The position numbers and the translations under genes were made by a program. This document shows positions 18,214 to 26,005 of a stretch of 32,921 bases of DNA, in pieces. A model generated the notes under the pieces. It saw only the letters and a list, made by a program, of their open reading frames with translations, searched no databases and was not told the origin of the DNA. This stretch comes from a virus (lineage: Duplodnaviria > Caudoviricetes), in IMG/VR virus record IMGVR_UViG_3300027971_000143, positions 1-32,921 of that record. The stretch is one strand, 5' to 3'. The first letter of the stretch is position 1, and each line of letters begins with the position of its first letter.

Positions 18214-18734
18214 TGGCTAATACTTATACTCTTATTGCTTCTTCAACTGCTGGATCAGGTGGAGCAACTGATTTTACTTTTAGTTCAATTCCTAATACTT
18301 ATACAGATTTGGTTTTGGAGTTTTCTGTAAGAACAGATTATACAAGCACATTTGATGGTTGTCTGTTAAGAATAAATGGTGATACTGGTGCAAATTATAC
18401 TATAAGAAATGTGAGAGGTAATGGATCAGGGGCAACTTCGGCAAGTGGTAGCGGAGTTACAAATTTATTTGTTGGTTCAATTCCAGGAGTAAATGCCACA
18501 TCTTCAACATTTCAAAATGCTGCAATATATTTTCCCAATTACGCAGGTTCATCCAATAAATCATTATCAATTGATTCTGTAAGTGAAAACAATAATACTA
18601 CTGCTTATGCGTTACTTGCTGCTGCTCTTTGGTCAAGCACTAGCGCCATAAATACTTTGAAGCTTTATCCTGAAGTTGGTACAGTCTTTGTCCAATACTC
18701 AACCGCCTACCTATATGGAGTAAATAATGCCTAA
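18213..18734 (+). CDS. Ser/Thr-rich tail-tip protein, paralog 3
   Basis: TYTLIAS, FSSIPNTYTDL, INGDTGANY, WSSTSAINT, LYGV shared with neighbours. Confidence 0.65.
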   Translation: MANTYTLIASSTAGSGGATDFTFSSIPNTYTDLVLEFSVRTDYTSTFDGCLLRINGDTGANYTIRNVRGNGSGATSASGSGVTNLFVGSIPGVNATSSTFQNAAIYFPNYAGSSNKSLSIDSVSENNNTTAYALLAAALWSSTSAINTLKLYPEVGTVFVQYSTAYLYGVNNA

Positions 18735-18960
18735 TCCAACACGAATCGAAATCAACTGCACCACAGGTGAAGAGTCAATTATTGAATTGACTGATGCTGA
18801 AGTAGCAGAGATGACCTACGCAGCTGAACTAGCAGCTGAACGCAAGGCTGAAGAAGATGCCGCAGCAGAAGCACTTGCTGCACTTAAGGCATCAGCTAAG
18901 GCGAAGCTCGTTGCAGGCCAGCCTTTGACGGCAGAAGAAGCAGACACGCTCGTCCTTTAA
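18727..18960 (+). CDS. Small acidic/helical tail-associated protein (possible fibre chaperone)
   Basis: EINCTTGEE..IELTDAE...SAKAKL...LTAEEA; follows the fibre cassette. Confidence 0.6.
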   Translation: MPNPTRIEINCTTGEESIIELTDAEVAEMTYAAELAAERKAEEDAAAEALAALKASAKAKLVAGQPLTAEEADTLVL

Positions 18961-19122
18961 ATGGGATACCAGGAAGGCGACTGCACCAGGGAGCCAACCA
19001 GAACGATTGACGATGCCGTTGATCAAGTAGAAGCATCGGGGATCCAGAAGAAACCAGGAGAGATCAGTGGGAATCAGCACCCGGCAAGTCACCGTAACCA
19101 CAGCAGCAACGGCGCTCGTTGA
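18961..19122 (+). CDS. Possible small hypothetical protein (53 aa)
   Basis: ATG immediately after the previous stop; MGYQEGDCTREPTRTIDDAVDQVEASG...; overlaps the next gene by 56 nt. Confidence 0.4.
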   Translation: MGYQEGDCTREPTRTIDDAVDQVEASGIQKKPGEISGNQHPASHRNHSSNGAR

Positions 19123-19321
19123 CGCGACGCAAGAATCCGAAATGGTCTACTTACACAGCGTGAGTGGAACTTGCTACTTAGGAAACAGCGACGTGACTAC
19201 CAGCACCGGATACCGGATGGATAACGGCGACAAGATTGCAATCGAGAACAAGGCAAACGGAATCTGGGCGATTACGACTACAGGAACCGTTATCATGAAT
19301 GTCATGGCAATAGGCAAATGA
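19067..19321 (+). CDS. Hypothetical small beta-rich protein, probably virion-associated
   Basis: GTG start after AGGAG; YLGNSDVTTSTGY motif. Confidence 0.65.
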   Translation: MGISTRQVTVTTAATALVDATQESEMVYLHSVSGTCYLGNSDVTTSTGYRMDNGDKIAIENKANGIWAITTTGTVIMNVMAIGK

Positions 19322-19536
19322 CAGCGCAAGATTACGCAGCGCTTACGGTTTCAATTATCACGATTGCTGGAGCCTTTGCAGCAATAACCAGATGGCTCGT
19401 CAAGCATTATCTGGCCGAATTAAAACCAAATGGTGGCAGCTCGGTAAGCGATAGAATTTCAAGAGTCGAAAGCAGAGTGGACGAGATTTATAGCCTACTC
19501 TTAGAAAATAACAAACCAAGAGGGGGCAGGAAATGA
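19318..19536 (+). CDS. Single-pass membrane protein of the lysis cassette
   Basis: N-terminal TM helix, then YLAELKPNGGSS.SDRI.R.E coiled coil; directly before the endolysin. Confidence 0.7.
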   Translation: MTAQDYAALTVSIITIAGAFAAITRWLVKHYLAELKPNGGSSVSDRISRVESRVDEIYSLLLENNKPRGGRK

Positions 19537-20042
19537 ACCAACTGAATAAGTTTATCGAAGTAGCAAAAGCAGAACTCGGCTACATCGAAGGGCCTCAAGA
19601 TAACGAAACGAAATATCAGAAGGCAAAGCAGCCCTGGTGCGGAGCCTTCGTGAACTGGTGCGCAAAGCAGGCAGGGATCAAGATCCCAAACTGCACATAC
19701 ACGCCAGCAGGAGCCACAGCGTTCATGGATAAGAACGCCTGGACACTTGCGCAAGCAGCAGATCCACAGCCAGGAGATATCGTCTTCTTTGACTTCCCAG
19801 GAGACGCGCTCGATCGCATTTCACACGTTGGAATCGTGATCACAAATAACGGCAACGGCACAGTAACCACAATTGAAGGCAACACCAGCCCGGACAAGAA
19901 GGGCGACCAGCGCAACGGCGGCGAAGTTTGCCAGAAGATACGCGCATACAAGAAGAAGAATCGCGGCAAGGTTCAACCATCTCTGCCAGTATTTATCGTA
20001 GGATTTGGCCGCCCTAAGTTTAAGGAGATCACAAATGGATAA
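19533..20042 (+). CDS. Endolysin, CHAP domain
   Basis: QPWCGAFVNW (catalytic Cys), PGDIVFF, SHVGIV (catalytic His), TIEGNT. Confidence 0.92.
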   Translation: MNQLNKFIEVAKAELGYIEGPQDNETKYQKAKQPWCGAFVNWCAKQAGIKIPNCTYTPAGATAFMDKNAWTLAQAADPQPGDIVFFDFPGDALDRISHVGIVITNNGNGTVTTIEGNTSPDKKGDQRNGGEVCQKIRAYKKKNRGKVQPSLPVFIVGFGRPKFKEITNG

Positions 20043-20229
20043 GAAGAAGCTCGAAGCAATTGCAATGACATATCTGCGAGCAGGAGCAGCAGCAATCGCA
20101 GCTCTTTATCTTGCAGATCCAAACCGCCCACTGAAGGAATACCTTGCAGCAGGAATCGCAGCAGTCGCTGGCCCAATCTTGAAGGCGATAGATCCCAAAG
20201 CAACCGAGTTCGGACGCGGAGCAAAGTAG
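20035..20229 (+). CDS. Putative holin
   Basis: Start at ATG 20035 after AAGGAG; two hydrophobic segments and P.LKAIDP...FG C-terminus; follows the endolysin. Confidence 0.7.
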   Translation: MDKKKLEAIAMTYLRAGAAAIAALYLADPNRPLKEYLAAGIAAVAGPILKAIDPKATEFGRGAK

Positions 20230-20232
20230 TAA

Positions 20233-20496
20233 ATGAATCGGGGGGAAATTCTTCAAGAAGCAGCTCGACTCACAGCCAAAGATCGCCAGAACATCTACGG
20301 CGATCCAAGAACCAACCACTGCAGAATCGCAGATTTATGGACGACATATCTCGAGCAACAGATAACTCCACAGCAAGTGGCGATATGCATGGCGCTAGTT
20401 AAAGTCGCACGTTTAATGCAGACAGAGACAGAAGACTCCTTCGTGGATTTAGCGGCCTATGCCAGCATCGCCGGCGAGATTGCGACAAATCAATGA
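20233..20496 (+). CDS. DUF6378-like small helical protein
   Basis: EIL.EA..L...DRQ..YGDP..N..RIA.LW...VA.CM.LVK.AR.....DS.VD.A.Y pattern. Confidence 0.8.
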   Translation: MNRGEILQEAARLTAKDRQNIYGDPRTNHCRIADLWTTYLEQQITPQQVAICMALVKVARLMQTETEDSFVDLAAYASIAGEIATNQ

Positions 20497-21170
20497 ACGA
20501 AATGATTATCCTTGTACCAACCAGAGGACGCCCACGCAACGCAGTCGAATTATTGGCAGAGCACGACAGCCTTTCAACACATTCAGACATCCTCTTCATT
20601 ATTGACGCAAACGATCCAGAGCACGATGCCTACGAATACGAAGTCGGCAAAGACAAGTGCATGACGATTGAGAACGAAACCCGGGGGATGGCTTACCCAA
20701 TCAACAAGGCAGCGAGTGCGATCGTAAAGAAAGGCGAATATAAATACTTCGCCTTCCTCGGCGACGACCACCGCCCACGCACAGCCGGGTGGGATGCACT
20801 TCTTATCCAAGCGATGCAGAAGCGACCGTCGATGGCCTACGCAAATGATTTATTCCAGGGAGAACGACTTCCAACCATGATCGCGATGACATCTGACATC
20901 GTCAAAGCGCTCGATGGAATGGTTCCGCCAAAGATGAAGCATTTATATCTTGACAATTTCTGGAAGAAACTAGGCCAGGATTTAGGAGCGCTGACTTACA
21001 TCGACGCCGTCGTTGTAGAGCACATGCACCCGATGATAGGCAAAGCAGAATGGGATGAGGGATACAAGGAAGTCAACGCGACCGAAATATACGCATTCGA
21101 CGCACTCGCCTACAAGAACTACATCGAGAGCGAAGCCTACGAATTGCTCAAGCGCAAAATAAGGCCATGA
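20493..21170 (+). CDS. Glycosyltransferase family 2-like
   Basis: ILVPTRGRP, IIDAND, FLGDD, HLYLDN, VEHMH motifs. Confidence 0.8.
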   Translation: MNEMIILVPTRGRPRNAVELLAEHDSLSTHSDILFIIDANDPEHDAYEYEVGKDKCMTIENETRGMAYPINKAASAIVKKGEYKYFAFLGDDHRPRTAGWDALLIQAMQKRPSMAYANDLFQGERLPTMIAMTSDIVKALDGMVPPKMKHLYLDNFWKKLGQDLGALTYIDAVVVEHMHPMIGKAEWDEGYKEVNATEIYAFDALAYKNYIESEAYELLKRKIRP

Positions 21171-21880
21171 AGCAGCTCATCACTTATTCTTTATACGGCA
21201 GCGAAGAGCGATACACGATCGGCGCGATCAAGAACGCAATTCTGGCCATGCGCCACTTTAAGGGATACACGCTGCGCTTCTACACCGGAGCCTCTGTCCC
21301 AGAATCCATCAAGCAAACCCTGCGCCTCTTCCCCCACGTGCAGCTCGTAGATCAGGAAGACCCCGAAGACCACCGGGCCAAACTCTGGAGATTTCAGGCG
21401 CTGACAGATCAGGAATACGACGTCGTTCTCAGCCGCGATGCAGATGCCAGGCTGACGCACCGAGAACGGATTGCGCACGAAGAGTTTCTGGCAAGCGGCC
21501 TCAATTTCCACATTATGAAAGACCATCCCACAGGCCACAATTATCAGATCAGCGCCGGCATGTTTGCAGCTCGAACAAAGGCGATCCCGGCACATTTGGA
21601 TTATTACGAACCAGGCGATTATTACACCGCCGATCAGGACTGGCTAGCGGCCCACCTTTGGCCGTTGATCAAGGAGAGCACCCTGATCCACGATGAGAGC
21701 TACGAAACCCCCACAGAAGGCCAGAGCAAGCGCCGCCCATTCCCGATCGCAAAGAAGGCCACGCTGCACCACATCGGGGCGGCTTTAGAAGCAGATGACC
21801 GCTTCGTTTTCAGCATTGACCAGGCGATGGCAAAGGCCGAATCAGGAAGCAACAAATACCTGGCAGAATGGCTCGTATGA
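21167..21880 (+). CDS. Putative GT-A glycosyltransferase-like protein
   Basis: ITYSLYG...Y..GAIKN, LWRF, LSRDADAR (DxD), FHIMKDHP, AGMF, DQ.WL; between a GT2 and an epimerase. Confidence 0.6.
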   Translation: MKQLITYSLYGSEERYTIGAIKNAILAMRHFKGYTLRFYTGASVPESIKQTLRLFPHVQLVDQEDPEDHRAKLWRFQALTDQEYDVVLSRDADARLTHRERIAHEEFLASGLNFHIMKDHPTGHNYQISAGMFAARTKAIPAHLDYYEPGDYYTADQDWLAAHLWPLIKESTLIHDESYETPTEGQSKRRPFPIAKKATLHHIGAALEADDRFVFSIDQAMAKAESGSNKYLAEWLV

Positions 21881-22740
21881 AGATTTTAATAACAGGAGAC
21901 GCCGGCTTTGTCGGCCGCGCCTTCCACAGAGCACTCGACGACAAAGGCCATGAGATCACCGGCATCGACATCGCAAACGGAATCGACTGCAGAGATTTCT
22001 TCAAGAAGGACGACACCAGATACGACGTCGTTATTCACCTCGCCGCGATCGTCGGCGGCCGCGCCACGATTGAAGGGAACCCTTTGGCCGTTGCCAGCGA
22101 CCTGGCGATCGACAGCGACATGTTTCAGTGGGCAGTAAGAACGAAGCCGAAGCATCTCGTCTATTACAGCAGCTCGGCGGCCTATCCGATTTATTTGCAA
22201 AGAGCCGCCTACCAGCAACGACTTCGAGAAGGCGACATCAACCTCGATCACATTCGAACCCCGGACTTCAGTTACGGATGGGCGAAATTGACCGGCGAAA
22301 CTTTGGCCAGATACGCCAGAGCAGAAGGCATCAAAGTACACGTCCTGCGGCCATTTAGCGGCTACGGCAGCGACCAGGCGCTCGATTACCCATTCCCATC
22401 GTTGATTGCACGCGGCAAAGCCAAACTGAATCCGTTCGAAATCTGGGGAACAGGCCAGCAAGTCCGCGACTTTATCCACATCGACGATGTAGTTGCAGCT
22501 ACCTTCGAAGCGATCACAAACGACATTCAAACTTTGAACCTTTGCACCGGGCGACCGGTTTCATTTATCCAGCTCGCAGAGATGATCATGCTGGCGCAGG
22601 GATACCTCGCACCGATCAGGAATCACCCAGGCAAGCCAGCCGGAGTCGAATACCGAGTCGGTGACCCCACAAAGATGCTGCAGATTTACGAACCAAAGAT
22701 CAGCCTGGAAGAAGGAATCGCCAGGGCGCTCAAAGAATAA
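21877..22740 (+). CDS. NAD-dependent nucleotide-sugar epimerase/dehydratase (extended SDR)
   Basis: ILITGDAGFVG Rossmann motif, HLAA.VGG, SSSAAY, catalytic YGWAK, RDFIHIDD; ATGA overlap start at 21877. Confidence 0.93.
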   Translation: MKILITGDAGFVGRAFHRALDDKGHEITGIDIANGIDCRDFFKKDDTRYDVVIHLAAIVGGRATIEGNPLAVASDLAIDSDMFQWAVRTKPKHLVYYSSSAAYPIYLQRAAYQQRLREGDINLDHIRTPDFSYGWAKLTGETLARYARAEGIKVHVLRPFSGYGSDQALDYPFPSLIARGKAKLNPFEIWGTGQQVRDFIHIDDVVAATFEAITNDIQTLNLCTGRPVSFIQLAEMIMLAQGYLAPIRNHPGKPAGVEYRVGDPTKMLQIYEPKISLEEGIARALKE

Positions 22741-22782
22741 AAATACCCCCCACAGCCAGGAAACAGGCGATGGGGGGCATTT
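22741..22782. terminator. Probable bidirectional terminator between convergent operons
   Basis: AAAT-A-CCCCCCA ... TGGGGGG-C-ATTT inverted repeat with an inner GCC/GGC stem, between a + stop at 22740 and a - stop at 22787. Confidence 0.7.
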
Positions 22783-22786
22783 CTTG

Positions 22787-23029
22787 CTAAAGGAGATCGG
22801 ATGGATCCCGGATAGATCGCATCTCCTTAGCAATGGCCCGATTGCCCCAATAGACCAGGAACCAATCAGGAAGAACAGGAAGGCGCAGCTCTTTCTTTGG
22901 CAGCAGCACAATCAGGAAAGACCAAAGGCCAAAGAAGAGGCCGAAGGAGAACCAGAACCAGATCCGGCGGCCGTATGCCAGCGCCAGGATCCCGGCAGCA
23001 GGGGCAATGGCCAGATTCCACCAGCTCAT
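22787..23029 (-). CDS. Small membrane protein
   Basis: Two Trp/Phe-rich hydrophobic segments (GRRIWFWFSFGLFFGLWSFLIVLLP); ATGA coupling to the upstream gene. Confidence 0.75.
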   Translation of the reverse strand: MSWWNLAIAPAAGILALAYGRRIWFWFSFGLFFGLWSFLIVLLPKKELRLPVLPDWFLVYWGNRAIAKEMRSIRDPSDLL

Positions 23030-23157
23030 CGGATGTAGGCCTTCAGAGCATCCACGATCACTTCGCTGACCGATTTCTCATCGGCGGCAGCTTTGGACTT
23101 TACAGCAGCCCATAGGGAATCGGACACCCGGACAGAACGCATCTTCTTAGCGGCCAT
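23026..23157 (-). CDS. Ribbon-helix-helix DNA-binding protein (43 aa); not in the ORF track
   Basis: Hand-translated MAAKKMRSVRVSDSLWAAVKSKAAADEKSVSEVIVDALKAYIR, an Arc/CopG-type pattern; GAGG RBS. Confidence 0.8.
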   Translation of the reverse strand: MAAKKMRSVRVSDSLWAAVKSKAAADEKSVSEVIVDALKAYIR

Positions 23158-23317
23158 TGGCAATCACCTCGTCGATCATAGACGAACAGGATCCGTAACC
23201 GGAACCAGTCCAGCAGACATCGCGAGTGGCAAAGGTGAACAGGCTCAGCAGGAGCAAGCCGATCACGATCGCCACAGCGCGGCGTCGGCGCACGAACTTC
23301 GGATCCATCTTCATCAT
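23147..23317 (-). CDS. Small membrane-anchored protein (56 aa); not in the ORF track
   Basis: MMKMDPKFVRRRRAVAIVIGLLLLSLFTFATRDVCWTGSGYGSCSSMIDEVIANGR; basic patch, TM helix and Cys pair; AGGAG RBS. Confidence 0.7.
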   Translation of the reverse strand: MMKMDPKFVRRRRAVAIVIGLLLLSLFTFATRDVCWTGSGYGSCSSMIDEVIANGR

Positions 23318-23484
23318 TTCAGACTCCTAAGCGCCTGGAGATAGGAAGGAAGCGTAGCCAGGGTATTCACCATGACCGCCTCCATGAGCTTGTCATCGCC
23401 AGATTCGACGGCAGCCAGCAGATTATGCGAAGCCGTATACATCGCATCGCAGATATCCGTATGAATTGCTTTCATTGCACCCAT
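23314..23484 (-). CDS. Small hypothetical protein (56 aa); not in the ORF track
   Basis: MGAMKAIHTDICDAMYTASHNLLAAVESGDDKLMEAVMVNTLATLPSYLQALRSLK; GAGGTG RBS; tiles with neighbours. Confidence 0.7.
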   Translation of the reverse strand: MGAMKAIHTDICDAMYTASHNLLAAVESGDDKLMEAVMVNTLATLPSYLQALRSLK

Positions 23485-23658
23485 TTATTTCACCTCATAT
23501 TCGGAATGTTTAGGAAGACAGAAGACGCACATATTCATCCAGTAGCGCTCGCCATTTGGATGTTGATATTGGCGCTTGTAGATTGCCTGCCAGCGACCAT
23601 CACAGGCATCGCAATCAGGAAGACCGGCAACCTTCATCTGGGGCTTTTGATTCAACAT
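23485..23658 (-). CDS. Small putative zinc-binding protein
   Basis: CDAC and CVFC pairs; start moved to 23658 (TAATG overlap). Confidence 0.7.
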   Translation of the reverse strand: MLNQKPQMKVAGLPDCDACDGRWQAIYKRQYQHPNGERYWMNMCVFCLPKHSEYEVK

Positions 23659-23927
23659 TATCGACCATCCCATGCAGCTTTAGGAGCATAAGGCGAGACT
23701 TTGGAGTTCGAACCGATTTCAGAAGTTGCGATCCAGACGACAGGTAAGCCGCCGGAAATACCGTCGTCCTCATCTTCATCGGAATCGTTATCAACCAAAG
23801 AGATGCAATCGATGACGGCAGAGAGAGGATACGAAGGCTGCTGCGCAACCATGACATCGGCCTCGGCCAGTTCGGGGAATTCTTCCATGAGATCCTGCAG
23901 CTGCTCGATGAGATCAGTGAGAGTCAT
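23658..23927 (-). CDS. Acidic hypothetical protein
   Basis: MTLTDLIEQL...AQQPSYPL...PYAP.AAW; TAATG coupling at both ends. Confidence 0.75.
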   Translation of the reverse strand: MTLTDLIEQLQDLMEEFPELAEADVMVAQQPSYPLSAVIDCISLVDNDSDEDEDDGISGGLPVVWIATSEIGSNSKVSPYAPKAAWDGR

Positions 23928-24178
23928 TATGCGCCTACCTTTGTGCGTGAATCGAAAACGATATAACCTTGAGCATCAACGACTCCACCATTGCTGTCGA
24001 TATCTTGATCAATCTTTGAAGCGATGCATTTCAACGCTACTGGATATGAAGAATCGGAACGGCAGAATCTGTCAGTGCGAGTTGAATACTTGTAACTGAA
24101 ACCCTGGTAGTCATATTTAAAGATATGAACTCCACGATAGCGATAGACGCCTTTTTCTACTTTTTCAATATTAAACAT
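23927..24178 (-). CDS. Hypothetical protein
   Basis: Start moved to 24178 (TAATG overlap, AAGGAG RBS); MFNIEKVEKGVYRYRG... Confidence 0.7.
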   Translation of the reverse strand: MFNIEKVEKGVYRYRGVHIFKYDYQGFSYKYSTRTDRFCRSDSSYPVALKCIASKIDQDIDSNGGVVDAQGYIVFDSRTKVGA

Positions 24179-24474
24179 TATGCTAACCACTCCTTTGCGA
24201 TCGCAACGAGAACAGAAGAAGAAACCATCTCGCCCTTGAATGAAGCAGAAGCAGCTACACCGTAACGTTCAAACTTGAAGATATGAATAACATTGTCTTC
24301 GATCGCAAAGCGAACTCCATTGTGAAGAGCACCAGGAACAATATGATCCATTCCGCCAGGAAGAAACACATCGCAACCGCCGAAAACATTATCAACAGGA
24401 ACGTCGCATTCACCAGAGATCGCAAGCTCAGTAGCAGCTTCGACGATTACATCTTCCAAAGTTATAACTGACAT
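24178..24474 (-). CDS. Hypothetical protein, first gene of the leftward operon
   Basis: Start MSVITLED at 24474 behind a GGGGGG RBS (24487-24482). Confidence 0.7.
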   Translation of the reverse strand: MSVITLEDVIVEAATELAISGECDVPVDNVFGGCDVFLPGGMDHIVPGALHNGVRFAIEDNVIHIFKFERYGVAASASFKGEMVSSSVLVAIAKEWLA

Positions 24475-24522
24475 TTTATTACCCCCCGTAGGCTGAGACA
24501 TTCGCTCCTTGCCCACATACAT

Positions 24523-24551
24523 AACTTAGGGCCTGTCAAGACAAATGACCA
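24523..24551 (-). promoter_or_regulatory. Candidate leftward promoter with a palindrome in the spacer
   Basis: Minus strand TGGTCA-17 nt-TAAGTT; spacer holds TGTC-TT-GACA; lies in the divergent intergenic region. Confidence 0.35.
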
Positions 24552-24703
24552 GACGAAACCACGCCTGAATCCTGTGGGTTTTTCATAGATCTAGACCAAA
24601 TTGAGCGTGTGACGGCCGGCAACGGCGTGGCGGATCACAGAATCGAGAGCCAGCCCCCACAATTGGCAACGACAAGGCAGAGCGCCACAAGACCGGGGGA
24701 ACA

Positions 24704-24862
24704 ATGGAAATACATCTCATTATAGGAGCAGGGATCGCAGCTACAGCAGCGATCATTGCGATCCTGCTTCGACTACAAAACGATCCAATCGAAGAACAGA
24801 TCCGCGAAGCAATGCAATACGAAACAAAGAAGAGCAGAACAGCAAAGGCGCTGCGATCATGA
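24704..24862 (+). CDS. Small membrane protein (52 aa); not in the ORF track
   Basis: MEIHLIIGAGIAATAAIIAILLRLQNDPIEEQIREAMQYETKKSRTAKALRS; GGGGGAA RBS; ATGA overlap with the next gene. Confidence 0.75.
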   Translation: MEIHLIIGAGIAATAAIIAILLRLQNDPIEEQIREAMQYETKKSRTAKALRS

Positions 24863-25197
24863 ATTATCGCGAGACATTATTCTCAGTTCATGGCAACGAA
24901 GGTCGCCTGGCAATTTATCTAGAAGAACGCGATGCCGTTCTGGATTTGATAGAAGAAACCGGCAAAGAAGTCCATGCAGACTACATTGCAGACTTGGCCG
25001 TCTACGGCAAAATTGATAACTTGAAAACATCTGAAGGCTTTGAACGCTACGCAAAACACAGAGACAAATTAGATCCGACAGCACTTCTCATAGCGTCAAT
25101 GGATCAAGACGAAGCCTTGAATCTGGCAGAACAAATCTTGATCACAGTCCGAGCGATGCGATCACCGACTACTCCACGATTCGAACTTGTAAAGTAA
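24859..25197 (+). CDS. Hypothetical protein
   Basis: 112 aa ORF tiled in the rightward operon. Confidence 0.7.
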   Translation: MNYRETLFSVHGNEGRLAIYLEERDAVLDLIEETGKEVHADYIADLAVYGKIDNLKTSEGFERYAKHRDKLDPTALLIASMDQDEALNLAEQILITVRAMRSPTTPRFELVK

Positions 25198-25548
25198 ATG
25201 GCAAACCCAAACGGACGCAAAGGCGCACTCTTCGAAACAGATGTGATGAGATGGCTGCGTTCCGTTGGCGCGATCGCTGAACGATTAACAAAAGCCGGCA
25301 GCAAAGACGAAGGTGACATCGTCGCGATCGTTGCAGGCAAGACATACATTCTAGAATTAAAGAATCGAAAGAACATATCTCTCCCGGCGTTCTGGGAAGA
25401 AGCAACGACAGAAGCTGCGAACTATGCAAAGGCAAGGGGCCTCGAGCAAACTCCACCGGCATACGTCATAATTAAGAGACGCAACGCCGGGATCGAAAAG
25501 GCCTGGGTCGTTGAGAATTTAGAGCAGTGGGCAAAGCGCCATGATTAG
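25198..25548 (+). CDS. Holliday junction resolvase, Hjc-type PD-(D/E)XK
   Basis: RKG..FE, DEGDI, ILELKN motifs. Confidence 0.85.
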   Translation: MANPNGRKGALFETDVMRWLRSVGAIAERLTKAGSKDEGDIVAIVAGKTYILELKNRKNISLPAFWEEATTEAANYAKARGLEQTPPAYVIIKRRNAGIEKAWVVENLEQWAKRHD

Positions 25549-26005
25549 AACCACCGAGTTCCTGCCATTCGTTCTGCTATTCGAGAACGCAGCATGTGCG
25601 GATATTGAAGACAAGAACTTATTCTTCCCAGATGGGAAATCCGATGAGACAGATCGTCTCCCAGTCCTTCGCAAGATTTGCAAGGGCTGTCCAGAACGAA
25701 GGGAATGCTTGGAGTACGCAATCAAAGAAGAGATCCCGTATGGAATCTGGGGTGGCAAGACGCCATCTGAAAGAGGACATAACCTGCAAAGGGACGAGAA
25801 GAAGAGACGCAATCAACGCGTCATCCAACTTCGAAATCAAGGAATCTCGACAGACGAAATCGCCAGAAAAGTAGGCATCAGAAGGACCCAGGTTTATCGG
25901 ATCTTCACTGAAGCAAACAAGGCGAGAAAGCGAGAAGACCAATCAAACCAGATCAGAAATACCAGATCCGCCGCCTCATCTTCGTCATTGGAATCTCAAC
26001 CATGA
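25541..26005 (+). CDS. whiB: WhiB-family Fe-S transcription factor with C-terminal HTH
   Basis: AAC...LFFP...ICKGCP...CLEYA...YGIWGG.T..ER (four Cys plus GIWGG turn); then GISTDEIARKVGIRRTQVYR. Confidence 0.92.
   Translation: MIRTTEFLPFVLLFENAACADIEDKNLFFPDGKSDETDRLPVLRKICKGCPERRECLEYAIKEEIPYGIWGGKTPSERGHNLQRDEKKRRNQRVIQLRNQGISTDEIARKVGIRRTQVYRIFTEANKARKREDQSNQIRNTRSAASSSSLESQP

Noticed and set aside
17147-18734. Diversity-generating retroelement or invertible tail cassette
   Set aside because: No reverse transcriptase, no template/variable repeat pair and no recombinase recognised
22472-22480. Second perfect DnaA box TTATCCACA
   Set aside because: Lies inside the conserved DFIHID motif of the epimerase; explained by coding constraint
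22661-24099. Plus-strand ORFs over the leftward operon (22661-23038, 23093-23344, 23425-23691, 23701-24099)
   Set aside because: The minus strand tiles cleanly with RBSs and coupled start/stop codons; the plus ORFs cross a terminator or lack signals
22741-24703. Lysogeny module (integrase, attP, CI-type repressor)
   Set aside because: No tyrosine or serine recombinase motifs and no CI-like protein seen; only a small RHH protein
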